NCBI GenBank assembly: GCA_029262455.1
Contig: JAJCZJ010000105.1
Span: 4,885-68,884 of the forward strand
Length of the DNA stretch: 64,000 nt
Source of the DNA: Deltaproteobacteria bacterium
Lineage (GTDB): Bacteria > Desulfobacterota > Binatia > HRBIN30 > CADEER01
Reading direction: 5' to 3'
Within the stretch, counting starts at the first letter, position 1; each line of letters opens with the position of its first letter. The position numbers and the translations under genes were made by a program. Positions 24,958-33,431 of this stretch are shown here, in pieces. The notes beneath the pieces were generated by a model. It had not been told where the DNA came from, searched no databases, and saw only the letters and a program-made list of their open reading frames with translations.

Positions 24958-27138
24958 TTGGAAGTAGCGCGCGTTTGCGGGCTGGTCGCATTGTGGCTGG
25001 TCTGCGGGTTTGATGTAGAAGCGTTTGGGCAGGGCGAGGGGCAGCCCTGTTCCGGGGTCACGCGTGTCGTCGCTGCCCTGTTCGATCCGGATGTTTGCGT
25101 AGCGGACGCGAACGGGGACGGACGGGTCAGCGCGGCGGATATTGTGTTCGTGGTTCGCCAGGGCGACGTCGCGACGCCGTCCCCGACGCCGACTGAGATC
25201 GGTACCACTGCGGTGGTTGATGTGACACCGACGCCGACTGCGACGGGGACACCTACGGCCGAAAGTACGGCGAGTTCTACCGCAAGTGCGACAGCGACCG
25301 GGACGCCGGGGAGAGTTCTGACGTCGACTGCGACGGCTAGTGCGACGGCTAGTGCGACGGAAGTGCCGACGGTCGTGGTCGGGACGCCGACGCAGACGGG
25401 GACCCCGACGCAGACGGGAACACAGACGCGGACGGGGACCCGTACCCGGACGTTCACTCGCACGCGGACCTTTACACGGACGCGTCCGGCGACGAGAACG
25501 CCACGAGCAACGTCGACCTCGACTCGTACGCGCACGGCGACCTTGACACGGACCCCATCGCGTACGCGGACGCCGAGTCAAACACGGACCCCATCTCGCA
25601 CCGGGACAAGTACTCGGACCTTTCGATTCTCGCGCACTCCTTCGGCGACGCGTACGATCACAGGGACGCCGACTTCGTCGCGCACCCGGACGTTTACGCG
25701 GACACGGACGTTCACGCGTACCACGACTGTAACGCGGACCAGGACCGGGACCCGAGGGCCGTCGGCGACACGAACGGTCACGTCGACGCGGACGCCGAGT
25801 CGAACCGGAACCGCGACGCGCACCAGGACCGCGACGCGCACCAGAACCGGGACGCGGGCGCCGTCGGCGACGCGCACCGTAACCTCGACGCGTACACCGA
25901 GTCGAACGGGAACCGCGACGCGCACCGGGACTGCGACGCGGACCATGACGGCAACGCGTACCATGACGGCAACCCGTACCAGGACCGGGACCCGAGGGCC
26001 GTCGGCGACGCGCACAGTCACTTCGACGCGTACACCGAGTCGGACCGGAACCGCGACGCGCACCAGAACGTTTACACGGACACCGTCCGTGTCGCGGACA
26101 CCAACGGGAACGCGAACGCAGACCGGGACTCGTACGGAGACCCGTACGCGTACGACCACACGTACAAGAACAGCCACGCGGACGGGGACAGACACTCGTA
26201 CCCCGACTGGGACGCGAACTCAGACGGGAACCAGGACGGAAACGGCGACCCGGACGGCGTCGCGCACGGGGACTGCTACGCGGACACCGACCGGTACGCG
26301 GCCTTTCACGGCGACAAGGACACCGAGCGCGACACGTACGTCGACGGGGACTCCGACGAATACTCGGACGAGGACGGCGACTCGCACGAGGACGGCTACA
26401 CGAACTCCTTCGGGGACGCGACTCCCGACGAACACGAGAACGCATACGCGTACTCGCACCTCGACTCGAACCAAGACGGCGACTCGCACATCAACGCTGA
26501 CGGGCACGCCGACGTCGACCGGAACAATCACACCGACTCCGTCGATCACGCCGACGGTTCCCACCATCGGTCCTATCGTTACAGCGTTTGGTGTCGCCCG
26601 AGCCGACGGATTGATCGTTCCGCCGAGCGGTTTCGCGCCGGGGGGATTTCCCCTGTTCATCAGGCCGGTTGCGAGTGGATTTTTTCTTTATGCCGAATTC
26701 AAGCGCCCGCCCGACTTCGCGCCGATCAATACCTCGACGTTTAACGACGATGTGTTTTCGTTGCCAGGCTTCCGGATTGCCACGGACCGTCCGCTCGGTG
26801 ATGGTAGCCCGGAGGTTTGTGATGCAGGGCCTGCGCCGTCCTTACCGATCGGAGGTGTACCGGCGATAGCCGATGGTGACTTTGGATCGAATCCACCAGC
26901 GGTGAACGACTTTTCGTGTCGATTCGACGTGAGGTCGGCCGGAGGGACGGGACCGTGCACCCGTCGCGGCAATGGTTCGGACGCCTTCGAGAACTCGGAA
27001 TCAATCCGTCAGTTTTGCACGATCGTAGGAGCGGAGGTCGCCTTCCCAGTTGGAGATACGAGGCTCACCGTCAGCGCCGTCGATCTGTTTGGTCGCCCCG
27101 GAGAGCCGGTCTCTATTGTGATTCGGATCGAACCGTAG
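24958..27138 (+). CDS. Secreted Thr/Arg/Pro-repeat (TRT) protein 2 with dockerin-like repeat and conserved C-terminal domain
   Basis: TTG start in the same frame as, and 75 nt after, the receiver gene. Signal-like MEVARVCGLVALWLVCGF. Dockerin-like DANGDGRVSAADIVFVV. About 470 aa of TRT low complexity. C-terminal domain homologous to TRT1 (IGPIVTAFGVARADG...LGDGSPEVCDAGP...GGVP...SCRF...VSIVIRIEP). Confidence 0.7.
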   Translation: MEVARVCGLVALWLVCGFDVEAFGQGEGQPCSGVTRVVAALFDPDVCVADANGDGRVSAADIVFVVRQGDVATPSPTPTEIGTTAVVDVTPTPTATGTPTAESTASSTASATATGTPGRVLTSTATASATASATEVPTVVVGTPTQTGTPTQTGTQTRTGTRTRTFTRTRTFTRTRPATRTPRATSTSTRTRTATLTRTPSRTRTPSQTRTPSRTGTSTRTFRFSRTPSATRTITGTPTSSRTRTFTRTRTFTRTTTVTRTRTGTRGPSATRTVTSTRTPSRTGTATRTRTATRTRTGTRAPSATRTVTSTRTPSRTGTATRTGTATRTMTATRTMTATRTRTGTRGPSATRTVTSTRTPSRTGTATRTRTFTRTPSVSRTPTGTRTQTGTRTETRTRTTTRTRTATRTGTDTRTPTGTRTQTGTRTETATRTASRTGTATRTPTGTRPFTATRTPSATRTSTGTPTNTRTRTATRTRTATRTPSGTRLPTNTRTHTRTRTSTRTKTATRTSTLTGTPTSTGTITPTPSITPTVPTIGPIVTAFGVARADGLIVPPSGFAPGGFPLFIRPVASGFFLYAEFKRPPDFAPINTSTFNDDVFSLPGFRIATDRPLGDGSPEVCDAGPAPSLPIGGVPAIADGDFGSNPPAVNDFSCRFDVRSAGGTGPCTRRGNGSDAFENSESIRQFCTIVGAEVAFPVGDTRLTVSAVDLFGRPGEPVSIVIRIEP
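25735..26080 (+). repeat. About three tandem ~100-140-bp repeats inside TRT2 (unit TRTGTR[GA][22 protein letters not shown]...)
   Basis: AGGACCGGGACCCGAGGGCCGTCGGCGAC recurs at 25741 and 25981, with a diverged copy near 25851. Confidence 0.75.
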
Positions 27139-27181
27139 GTTGATTGACGGCAATAGCCCCGCGGGTGCGACGCAGGATCGT

Positions 27182-27421
27182 TTAGTGGATCTGTTTGTCG
27201 GGTGTTGTGTTTGTGTGGTCTGGGTCTGTAGATAGGTGGACCCCGTGGCGCCTGGCGAACTCGAGAATTGTCGCTCGAGCCAGCTTGCTGGGTCGAAATC
27301 GGCCGTTTTCCCAACGGTTAACCGTACCCACTGTGATACCGAGGGCGTGGGCGAACTCTTCTTGTGTCATACCTAGCTGCTGACGGACTTGACGTATGTA
27401 GTGACTCATGTCTTCGCTCAT
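27182..27421 (-). CDS. XRE-family helix-turn-helix transcriptional regulator
   Basis: IRQVRQQLGMTQEEFAHALGITVGTVNRWENGRFRPS is a classic HTH_3 motif. Confidence 0.85.
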   Translation of the reverse strand: MSEDMSHYIRQVRQQLGMTQEEFAHALGITVGTVNRWENGRFRPSKLARATILEFARRHGVHLSTDPDHTNTTPDKQIH

Positions 27422-27616
27422 CGGGACCCCTCGGGCAGTTTCCTCGCGCATGGATGCCCACACTACTAAGCAATCAGCATGCCGAAACGCTGCCGACTAG
27501 TCGGCCTGCCCGAAGATCACCTGGTACAAGGGCCGTGTCGCCAAGATTTCGCCAAATTGCGCACTATTGGCAAAGAATCATTGACTTTTTTGGTCCCCAT
27601 AGCCCATTGTTCGGCG

Positions 27617-28318
27617 ATGAGAGGGCTACAACTGTATAGTGTCTCGGACTGGGGATGGGTGGCGAGACTGTCCACTGCACTTTCCCTGGTCGTCGCAGCG
27701 TTGCTCTTTTCCGGTGGGCTGAGCCCAGCGGTGGCAGAGGGTAGCGGGCTCGGCCATCAGGCGGGCCTGCCGTCGCTGATCCGGGTTCAGGACGATGTCC
27801 CCGTCGAAAAGCGCTTTCAGGTGGCGCTCAAGGGCCTCTATAAGGATGTGCGTCGGTCGTTTAAACGATCCCGCTACTTCGTTTTCAATAGCCCGACGTG
27901 GTGGTGGCGCAGGGCTAAGCGCAGCGTTTTTCCGATCGTGTTTGCGCTTGGAGCGTTGCTATTCGATGCGTCGTTGTTGGCGGCCTGGAAGAACGACGGC
28001 ATGCGGGTGTTGACCGCTTATATTCCGATGATGGTCTACGTGTACGGTCGGCTATTTTTTTCGAGTCGAGCGAGCGTAGTCGCCCGTGTCGCTGTGGTGC
28101 TCGCCATTGTTTACGGCGTTTGGCGTCACGATCTGATACGCGATGGACGATGGTCTTCCCTCGGGATCCATCGCCTCGACGACTTTCTTATTATCGTCGC
28201 CGCGGTCAGGTTCTTCGTATACTCCTGCTCTGAGGAGCTTGTGCAGGCTTACGCAGGTCGAGCCATCGAACTCCGCAATAGAGTCCTCAACGCTACCGGA
28301 AGCCAGGCGGCCGGCTGA
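27617..28318 (+). CDS. Hypothetical integral membrane protein
   Basis: Several hydrophobic helices and a Trp/Arg-rich loop (SPTWWWRRAKR). No homology recognised. Confidence 0.45.
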   Translation: MRGLQLYSVSDWGWVARLSTALSLVVAALLFSGGLSPAVAEGSGLGHQAGLPSLIRVQDDVPVEKRFQVALKGLYKDVRRSFKRSRYFVFNSPTWWWRRAKRSVFPIVFALGALLFDASLLAAWKNDGMRVLTAYIPMMVYVYGRLFFSSRASVVARVAVVLAIVYGVWRHDLIRDGRWSSLGIHRLDDFLIIVAAVRFFVYSCSEELVQAYAGRAIELRNRVLNATGSQAAG

Positions 28319-28323
28319 CGCGC

Positions 28324-28803
28324 TTATAAGTCGCCGATCGTGCCGTCCATCGCCCGTTTAGGAAGCGCTCGGGCTTCGTTCCCCTGCGGGCGAATTTCCT
28401 CTTTTTCGAGGTTTACCCGCCACAAGGCGACACGTGTTGTCTGATTCTCTTTCCATTGAAGCTCGACTTCGAACTCGGGCCCATTCTTTTGTCTCGCATC
28501 CCAGCTGAATTCGCCGACGTAGGCGCGCTCACCGGCTTCGGTTTTCAAGTCCCGGACCTTCAGGGAATATCCCTTGAGCATATCGCCCAAAGTGAGACCG
28601 CCGCCTTCTGGGGGTTTCGAGTCACGAACGACGGCAGCAGCTTCCGGTTCCTTGCCATTCCAGATCTCGCCAGAGCGGATTTGGTTGATGACCAGGTAGG
28701 CAAACCCTGCCATGAAGAGCAGAAGCCCTCCCCATCCAATGAGTGCTCCAATAGCCGAACCTTGCTTCTTCTCGCCTTCGGACATTGCCATCCCCTTCGA
28801 CAC
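28324..28803 (-). CDS. Hypothetical N-terminally membrane-anchored protein
   Basis: One TM helix (AIGALIGWGGLLLFMAGFAYLVI), then a ~110-aa soluble domain. No homology recognised. Confidence 0.45.
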   Translation of the reverse strand: MSKGMAMSEGEKKQGSAIGALIGWGGLLLFMAGFAYLVINQIRSGEIWNGKEPEAAAVVRDSKPPEGGGLTLGDMLKGYSLKVRDLKTEAGERAYVGEFSWDARQKNGPEFEVELQWKENQTTRVALWRVNLEKEEIRPQGNEARALPKRAMDGTIGDL

Positions 28804-28883
28804 AATCGTTATTGAGCCTAACGCAAAGACCCAATCTCTACCGAACAGCGTTTGTCATCGCAAGCTGGCCGATGGATCCTCGA

Positions 28884-29621
28884 CTATCCGCGGCCTGGTT
28901 TGAGGCGCTGATTGCGCTCGCGATTTTGGCCGCGCCACGAGGACAGACTTTTCGCGCCCTCAGAGGACAGCAGGTCCCAAAGGACCCCTCTGGGCCTGGG
29001 ATATAGGCTGGGAGCCGCTATGACGTTGTCCGGGGTGACCGCGAAATCGACCGGCACATCGTGTGCTCGCATCGGGATTCGTTCGTCGATGACCTGGACA
29101 GAGTGGACGGTCGTGACGACTGGAGTGTATTCGCGAATCTTGCCGAGGTGTCGCAAGAGTCCATATTCGAGGTCGAAGCGGCCGCCGCCGCGGCCCAACA
29201 TTGCGCCTTGGCGGTTCACTGCCAGAGCGCCTGTGATCACCAGGTCGAGGGATGGCAGTTGCTCTGCGGTGACGAGACGACCGTAGCGGACCGCGTTTCT
29301 CAAGCTGACGGCTCGCCACGCGTGCGACCCCAGCCGCGCCGGGTCGACCTCGAGGAAACTCGGCTCGGAGTGCTGGTTTCCGATGGGTAGGTAGAGTGTC
29401 TTCCCCTCGGCGATCGCGGCGCGCCGCAACCAAACCTGGGGGGCGCTGACTTCACACTTGATGGCCCGAGCGCGGCGCCAGATGGTCAACCTCCTGAGGA
29501 GGGCGGCGGCGTTCTCGGCGCCCCGAAAGTTGGGTACACTTCGGCCCTCGGACGGGAAGCGTGCGAGGCCCCCGCGTTCGAGTCGCTCTATCGCGCGACG
29601 ACGGATTGTATCCTTGCTCAT
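28884..29621 (-). CDS. 5-formyltetrahydrofolate cyclo-ligase (MTHFS) family protein
   Basis: RSVPNFRGAENAAALL...GKTLYLP... and C-terminal GRGGGRFDLEYGLL resemble MTHFS nucleotide-binding motifs. Confidence 0.55.
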   Translation of the reverse strand: MSKDTIRRRAIERLERGGLARFPSEGRSVPNFRGAENAAALLRRLTIWRRARAIKCEVSAPQVWLRRAAIAEGKTLYLPIGNQHSEPSFLEVDPARLGSHAWRAVSLRNAVRYGRLVTAEQLPSLDLVITGALAVNRQGAMLGRGGGRFDLEYGLLRHLGKIREYTPVVTTVHSVQVIDERIPMRAHDVPVDFAVTPDNVIAAPSLYPRPRGVLWDLLSSEGAKSLSSWRGQNRERNQRLKPGRG

Positions 29622-29741
29622 GAACGAGTTTTCGAGTTGCTGAAGCCGAGAGACGGTCAATCACATCCCGTCCTCGCCCTGCCAGCTACTACACGGTCGT
29701 AAGTCGAGTCAAATCTCCCTTGGTCTTGACAGAGCTCCGAT

Positions 29742-30632
29742 TCATCGAGTCGCCATTCTGCGGGCGAAGATGACGAATCCGGTGTGGGCTACCATCCGGT
29801 GCTCGGGCCGAACGCTCATGCCCTCGACGTGCCAATCGCGCACCAGACTCTCCATGGCCTGAATAGCGCCGAAGCCCGCTGTACGGGCTTGATCGACGAA
29901 CTGTTTGATTTGCAAGACGGTCGGCACGTAGGCGACGAGAACAGCGCCGGGACGGAGGGTTCGCCATGCTTCAGGCAGGAGACGCCAAGGCTCCGGGAGG
30001 TCGATGACGATGCGGTCGAGGTCGGTTTCCTCAATTCCGTCGGCGATGTCGGCTCGCTTGAGCGTCCACTGTGGCGCGGGGCCGAAAAACCGTTCGACGT
30101 TCCCCCGGGCCATCTCGGCGAAGTCCTCGCGCAGCTCGTAAGAGTATAGATGGCCGTCGGGCCCGACAGCGCGCAGTAGAGCCATTGTGAGGGCTGCCGG
30201 TCCGGTGCCGACCTCGAGGACACGGGCACCCGGGTAGATGTCGCCCCAAAGCAGGATCAGCCCGACGTCTTTTGGATAGATCACTTGCGCCTTGCGCGGT
30301 AGGTGAGGGATCAAGCGCGCGTAGGTCGGCCTGAGGACGAGGAACTTTTCGCCGCCTGAATTCTCGATTACGCTGCAGTCCGGAAGCCCGATGATATCGT
30401 CCATCGCCAGATTGCCGCTGCGCAGATGAATGCTGGAGCCTGGCTTTAGGGCTCTCAGGTATTCGCGATCCTTGCGGTCGATGAGCAGTACGTCATCGCC
30501 GGCCTGGAGGCGCGCCCGGTCGGAAATCTCGGCACTATCTTCCAGGCTTGGTACGGTCTCGGGAGCTGGCACGACCGAGGCGTCGTCGCCGGGTGTTGTT
30601 TCACTGGGAGTCTCTTCTTCCGCGTCGCTCAT
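29742..30632 (-). CDS. trmI: tRNA (adenine58-N1)-methyltransferase TrmI (GCD14 family)
   Basis: N-terminal beta domain (GDDVLLIDRKDREYLRALKPGSSIHLRSG) and SAM-binding VLEVGTGPAALTMALLRAVGPDGHLYSYE. Confidence 0.85.
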   Translation of the reverse strand: MSDAEEETPSETTPGDDASVVPAPETVPSLEDSAEISDRARLQAGDDVLLIDRKDREYLRALKPGSSIHLRSGNLAMDDIIGLPDCSVIENSGGEKFLVLRPTYARLIPHLPRKAQVIYPKDVGLILLWGDIYPGARVLEVGTGPAALTMALLRAVGPDGHLYSYELREDFAEMARGNVERFFGPAPQWTLKRADIADGIEETDLDRIVIDLPEPWRLLPEAWRTLRPGAVLVAYVPTVLQIKQFVDQARTAGFGAIQAMESLVRDWHVEGMSVRPEHRMVAHTGFVIFARRMATR

Positions 30633-31558
30633 TCTGAACGAGCCCGATCAGCGTAGCGGGCTCGTTTGGTTTGCACTTCACGCACCAGGCGGCAGCGCGA
30701 ACACCGCTCGGTGAAACTCGGCATCCCGCACCCCTCGCAGGTCAGAGGCGGGCGGTTGGCTTCACTTTGCATCATCGGGCGGGCCCTTTCGAGAAAATCT
30801 TGGACGAATGACAGTTTGGTGCCGGGACTAGCGGCTTCCAACTGATTCATCACCTCTTTGTGTTTGAGCTGAGTCGCTCCGGCGCTGTTGGGGCACTCGT
30901 CTAGGATGTAGTCGATCTTGCGAAAAAAGCAGTAGGCGGCGCTCTCGAACTCCGTCGTGCGGTAAAGTGGTTTGACCTTGCGAACGAAACGTTCGTGCGT
31001 TGGCTCGAGGACTGGCTTCTGGCGCGCCAGGTAGTCCATTTGCCAGTGCAGGACGTTGCCCAAGAGTCGTGCGGCTTCGTCGTCGAGGTTGTGACCGGTT
31101 GCCACGACCGGAAATCCGCGATCGATCGCCAGCTTGTCGAAGTAGTGGCGCTTGAGGGTCCCGCAGGCTGAACAGGCTGGGCGGTTCGTAAACGCCGTTG
31201 CGTCGTCGACGGCCAGCCCTTCCTCGCGCAGCGAAATATTGAGGAGAGGGAGATTCCTGGCTTCGGCAAATGCCACGGCTAGTTCGGTCGATTGATCGGA
31301 ATAATCCCCGATTCCGAGCGAAAGGTGTAGTCCCGTGGTCTGGTAGCCGAGTTCGATTAGGATGTCCCATAGCGCTAGACTGTCTTTACCACCGGACACG
31401 GCCACGAGAATGTGTTCGTCGAGACTGAACATCTTCTGCTTGCGGATGCTGCGGCGCACGTGCTTTTGCAAGAGCGGTACAAAGCAGGTGCGACAAAAGG
31501 CAGCGTTGTGTTGGCGCAGTTTGATCTCGGCACGTTCACCGCAGCGATTGCACTTCAT
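30629..31558 (-). CDS. ttuA: tRNA 2-thiolation PP-loop ATPase TtuA/NcsA-like with N- and C-terminal zinc fingers
   Basis: CNRCGERAE...CRTC, PP-loop VAVSGGKDS, and C-terminal CEGCGMPSF..CSRC. Overlaps trmI by 4 nt. Confidence 0.8.
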   Translation of the reverse strand: MKCNRCGERAEIKLRQHNAAFCRTCFVPLLQKHVRRSIRKQKMFSLDEHILVAVSGGKDSLALWDILIELGYQTTGLHLSLGIGDYSDQSTELAVAFAEARNLPLLNISLREEGLAVDDATAFTNRPACSACGTLKRHYFDKLAIDRGFPVVATGHNLDDEAARLLGNVLHWQMDYLARQKPVLEPTHERFVRKVKPLYRTTEFESAAYCFFRKIDYILDECPNSAGATQLKHKEVMNQLEAASPGTKLSFVQDFLERARPMMQSEANRPPLTCEGCGMPSFTERCSRCRLVREVQTKRARYADRARSE

Positions 31559-31576
31559 CGATGGTCCCGAACCCTC

Positions 31577-31774
31577 TCAGATTCCGCCCGAAATGACCGA
31601 GCGAATTTCGATCTCGTCGTCCGCTTCGATCATTTCACCTTCCGGGATAAGTTCGTCTCCGCGGATCACCATGGCCGTGCCAGGCAGGTACCCGAGATCG
31701 CGCAGCACATTCGAGACGAGCCGCCGACCCGACAGCTCGACAGTCTTTCTTTCCGGAAGGATCGTGATTCGCAT
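31577..31774 (-). CDS. ttuB: ThiS/MoaD-like sulfur-carrier protein (TtuB-like), C-terminal ...SGGI
   Basis: 65-aa beta-grasp-like protein immediately upstream of ttuA. It ends Gly-Gly plus one extra Ile. Confidence 0.7.
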   Translation of the reverse strand: MRITILPERKTVELSGRRLVSNVLRDLGYLPGTAMVIRGDELIPEGEMIEADDEIEIRSVISGGI

Positions 31775-31895
31775 CGAGCCGTGGGAGAATATGGGCTGAT
31801 AGGGGTGCTGTCAATTCACAGCTCGGGAACTGCTGTTGACTCTCGGAGGGGGCTCCAGTAGCGAGCTAACATTGTGATTAGCGTGAGGAATCGAC

Positions 31896-33401
31896 GTGGA
31901 GGGTGACGAAACAGAGGGGCGCCGGCAAAAGCTCCAAGCGATGCGCGATGCAGGAGTGAATCCGTATCCGAACGATTTTCGCCCAGAGCACACCACGCGC
32001 GAAGTCAAAACCGATCTCGGTGAGGCCGACGCCGCCGCGCTCGAGGCGTTCGAAGGCGTCTTCTGCTTGGCTGGGCGCATCGTGTCTCGGCGCGACTTTG
32101 GCAAAGCTTCCTTCTTGCACTTGCAGGACCGCAGTGGCCGGCTCCAAGTCTACGTCAAACGCAACATCGTGGGGGACGAGGCCTTCGCCGCGTTCAAGCA
32201 ATGGGATCTAGGAGATTTCCTCGGAGTGCGCGGTCGGCCGTTTCTCACCAAGACGGGTGAATTGACGATCGAAGCGAGTGAGGTCCACTTGCTCGGTAAG
32301 GCGCTGCGACCACTCCCCGAGAAGTGGCATGGGCTCACCGATGTCGAGGCCCGCTACCGCCAGCGCTATCTCGATACGGTTACGAGTGAAGAAGTTCGTG
32401 AGACTTTTCGCAAGCGGTCGCGCATCATCCAGGCGATACGAGAGTTCTTCATTTCTCGCGACTACTTCGAGGCGGAAACGCCGATGATGCAGGCCGTGGC
32501 GGGCGGCGCGGCAGCGCGTCCGTTCGTCACGCATCACAATGCGCTCGATATTGATCTCTACTTGCGAATTGCGCCCGAGCTTTACCTCAAGCGCCTCTTG
32601 GTCGGTGGTTTCGATCGTGTCTTCGAACTCAGTCGGGTGTTTCGCAACGAGGGGGTTTCGACGCGCCACAACCCGGAGTTTACGTTGGTCGAGTTCTATC
32701 AGGCCTACGCGACCTATCGTGACATGATGGATCTGACCGAGGAATTGTTCGTCGAACTCGCGGACTCGATCGTCGGCTCGCGCACGATGAGCTGGGCGGA
32801 GCACGCCCTTGATTTGACTCCGCCGTGGCGACGCGTGTCGATCCCGGAACACGTTGCGGAAAAGATGGGCCTGGATATCGATGCGGTCCGCGGGCTCGAC
32901 TACGAGCTGTTGCGCAAAGCCGGCGACGAAGTGGGTGGTCCGCTGCGGCAGGACTACCGCGCAAAGTATGGTGAAGCCGCCGCCGGGTATTTGTTGATGG
33001 ATCTTTTCGAGACGATCGCCGAAGAAGAGTTGATCCAGCCCACTTTTGTCGAGGAGTATCCTGTGGCGGTTTCGCCTCTGGCTCGTCGCAACCAGGAATC
33101 GCCGAACTTTGTCGACCGATTTGAGCTGTTCATCGGAGCGAAGGAAATGGCGAATGCATTTTCTGAGCTCAACGACCCGGTGGATCAGCGGCAGCGCTTG
33201 GAAGCTCAGTTGCAACACCGAGCCGCGGGCGATGACGAAGCCCACGCCATGGACGAGGATTTTCTGCGCGCCCTCGAGCATGGCATGCCGCCGGCTGCGG
33301 GTGAGGGAATCGGGATCGATCGCTTGGTGATGATGCTGACAGATTCTGCTTCGATTCGTGACGTAATCCTGTTTCCACACATGCGTCCGGACAAGCCGTA
33401 G
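31896..33401 (+). CDS. lysS: Lysine--tRNA ligase (class II)
   Basis: OB-fold anticodon-binding domain (GRIVSRRDFGKASFLHLQDRSGRLQVYV) and class II motifs (FEAETPMMQ, FRNEG, GEGIGIDRLVMMLT). GTG start. Confidence 0.95.
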   Translation: MEGDETEGRRQKLQAMRDAGVNPYPNDFRPEHTTREVKTDLGEADAAALEAFEGVFCLAGRIVSRRDFGKASFLHLQDRSGRLQVYVKRNIVGDEAFAAFKQWDLGDFLGVRGRPFLTKTGELTIEASEVHLLGKALRPLPEKWHGLTDVEARYRQRYLDTVTSEEVRETFRKRSRIIQAIREFFISRDYFEAETPMMQAVAGGAAARPFVTHHNALDIDLYLRIAPELYLKRLLVGGFDRVFELSRVFRNEGVSTRHNPEFTLVEFYQAYATYRDMMDLTEELFVELADSIVGSRTMSWAEHALDLTPPWRRVSIPEHVAEKMGLDIDAVRGLDYELLRKAGDEVGGPLRQDYRAKYGEAAAGYLLMDLFETIAEEELIQPTFVEEYPVAVSPLARRNQESPNFVDRFELFIGAKEMANAFSELNDPVDQRQRLEAQLQHRAAGDDEAHAMDEDFLRALEHGMPPAAGEGIGIDRLVMMLTDSASIRDVILFPHMRPDKP

Positions 33402-33431
33402 CCTTCGCGTGTCGCGACACCCAAAGGCGTC

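Noticed and set aside
24958-24960. Read-through fusion of the receiver and TRT2 (same frame)
   Set aside because: An in-frame TAG at 24880-24882 separates them, and TRT2 has its own signal-peptide-like N-terminus from the TTG at 24958. Treated as two genes, but flagged as probably co-transcribed.
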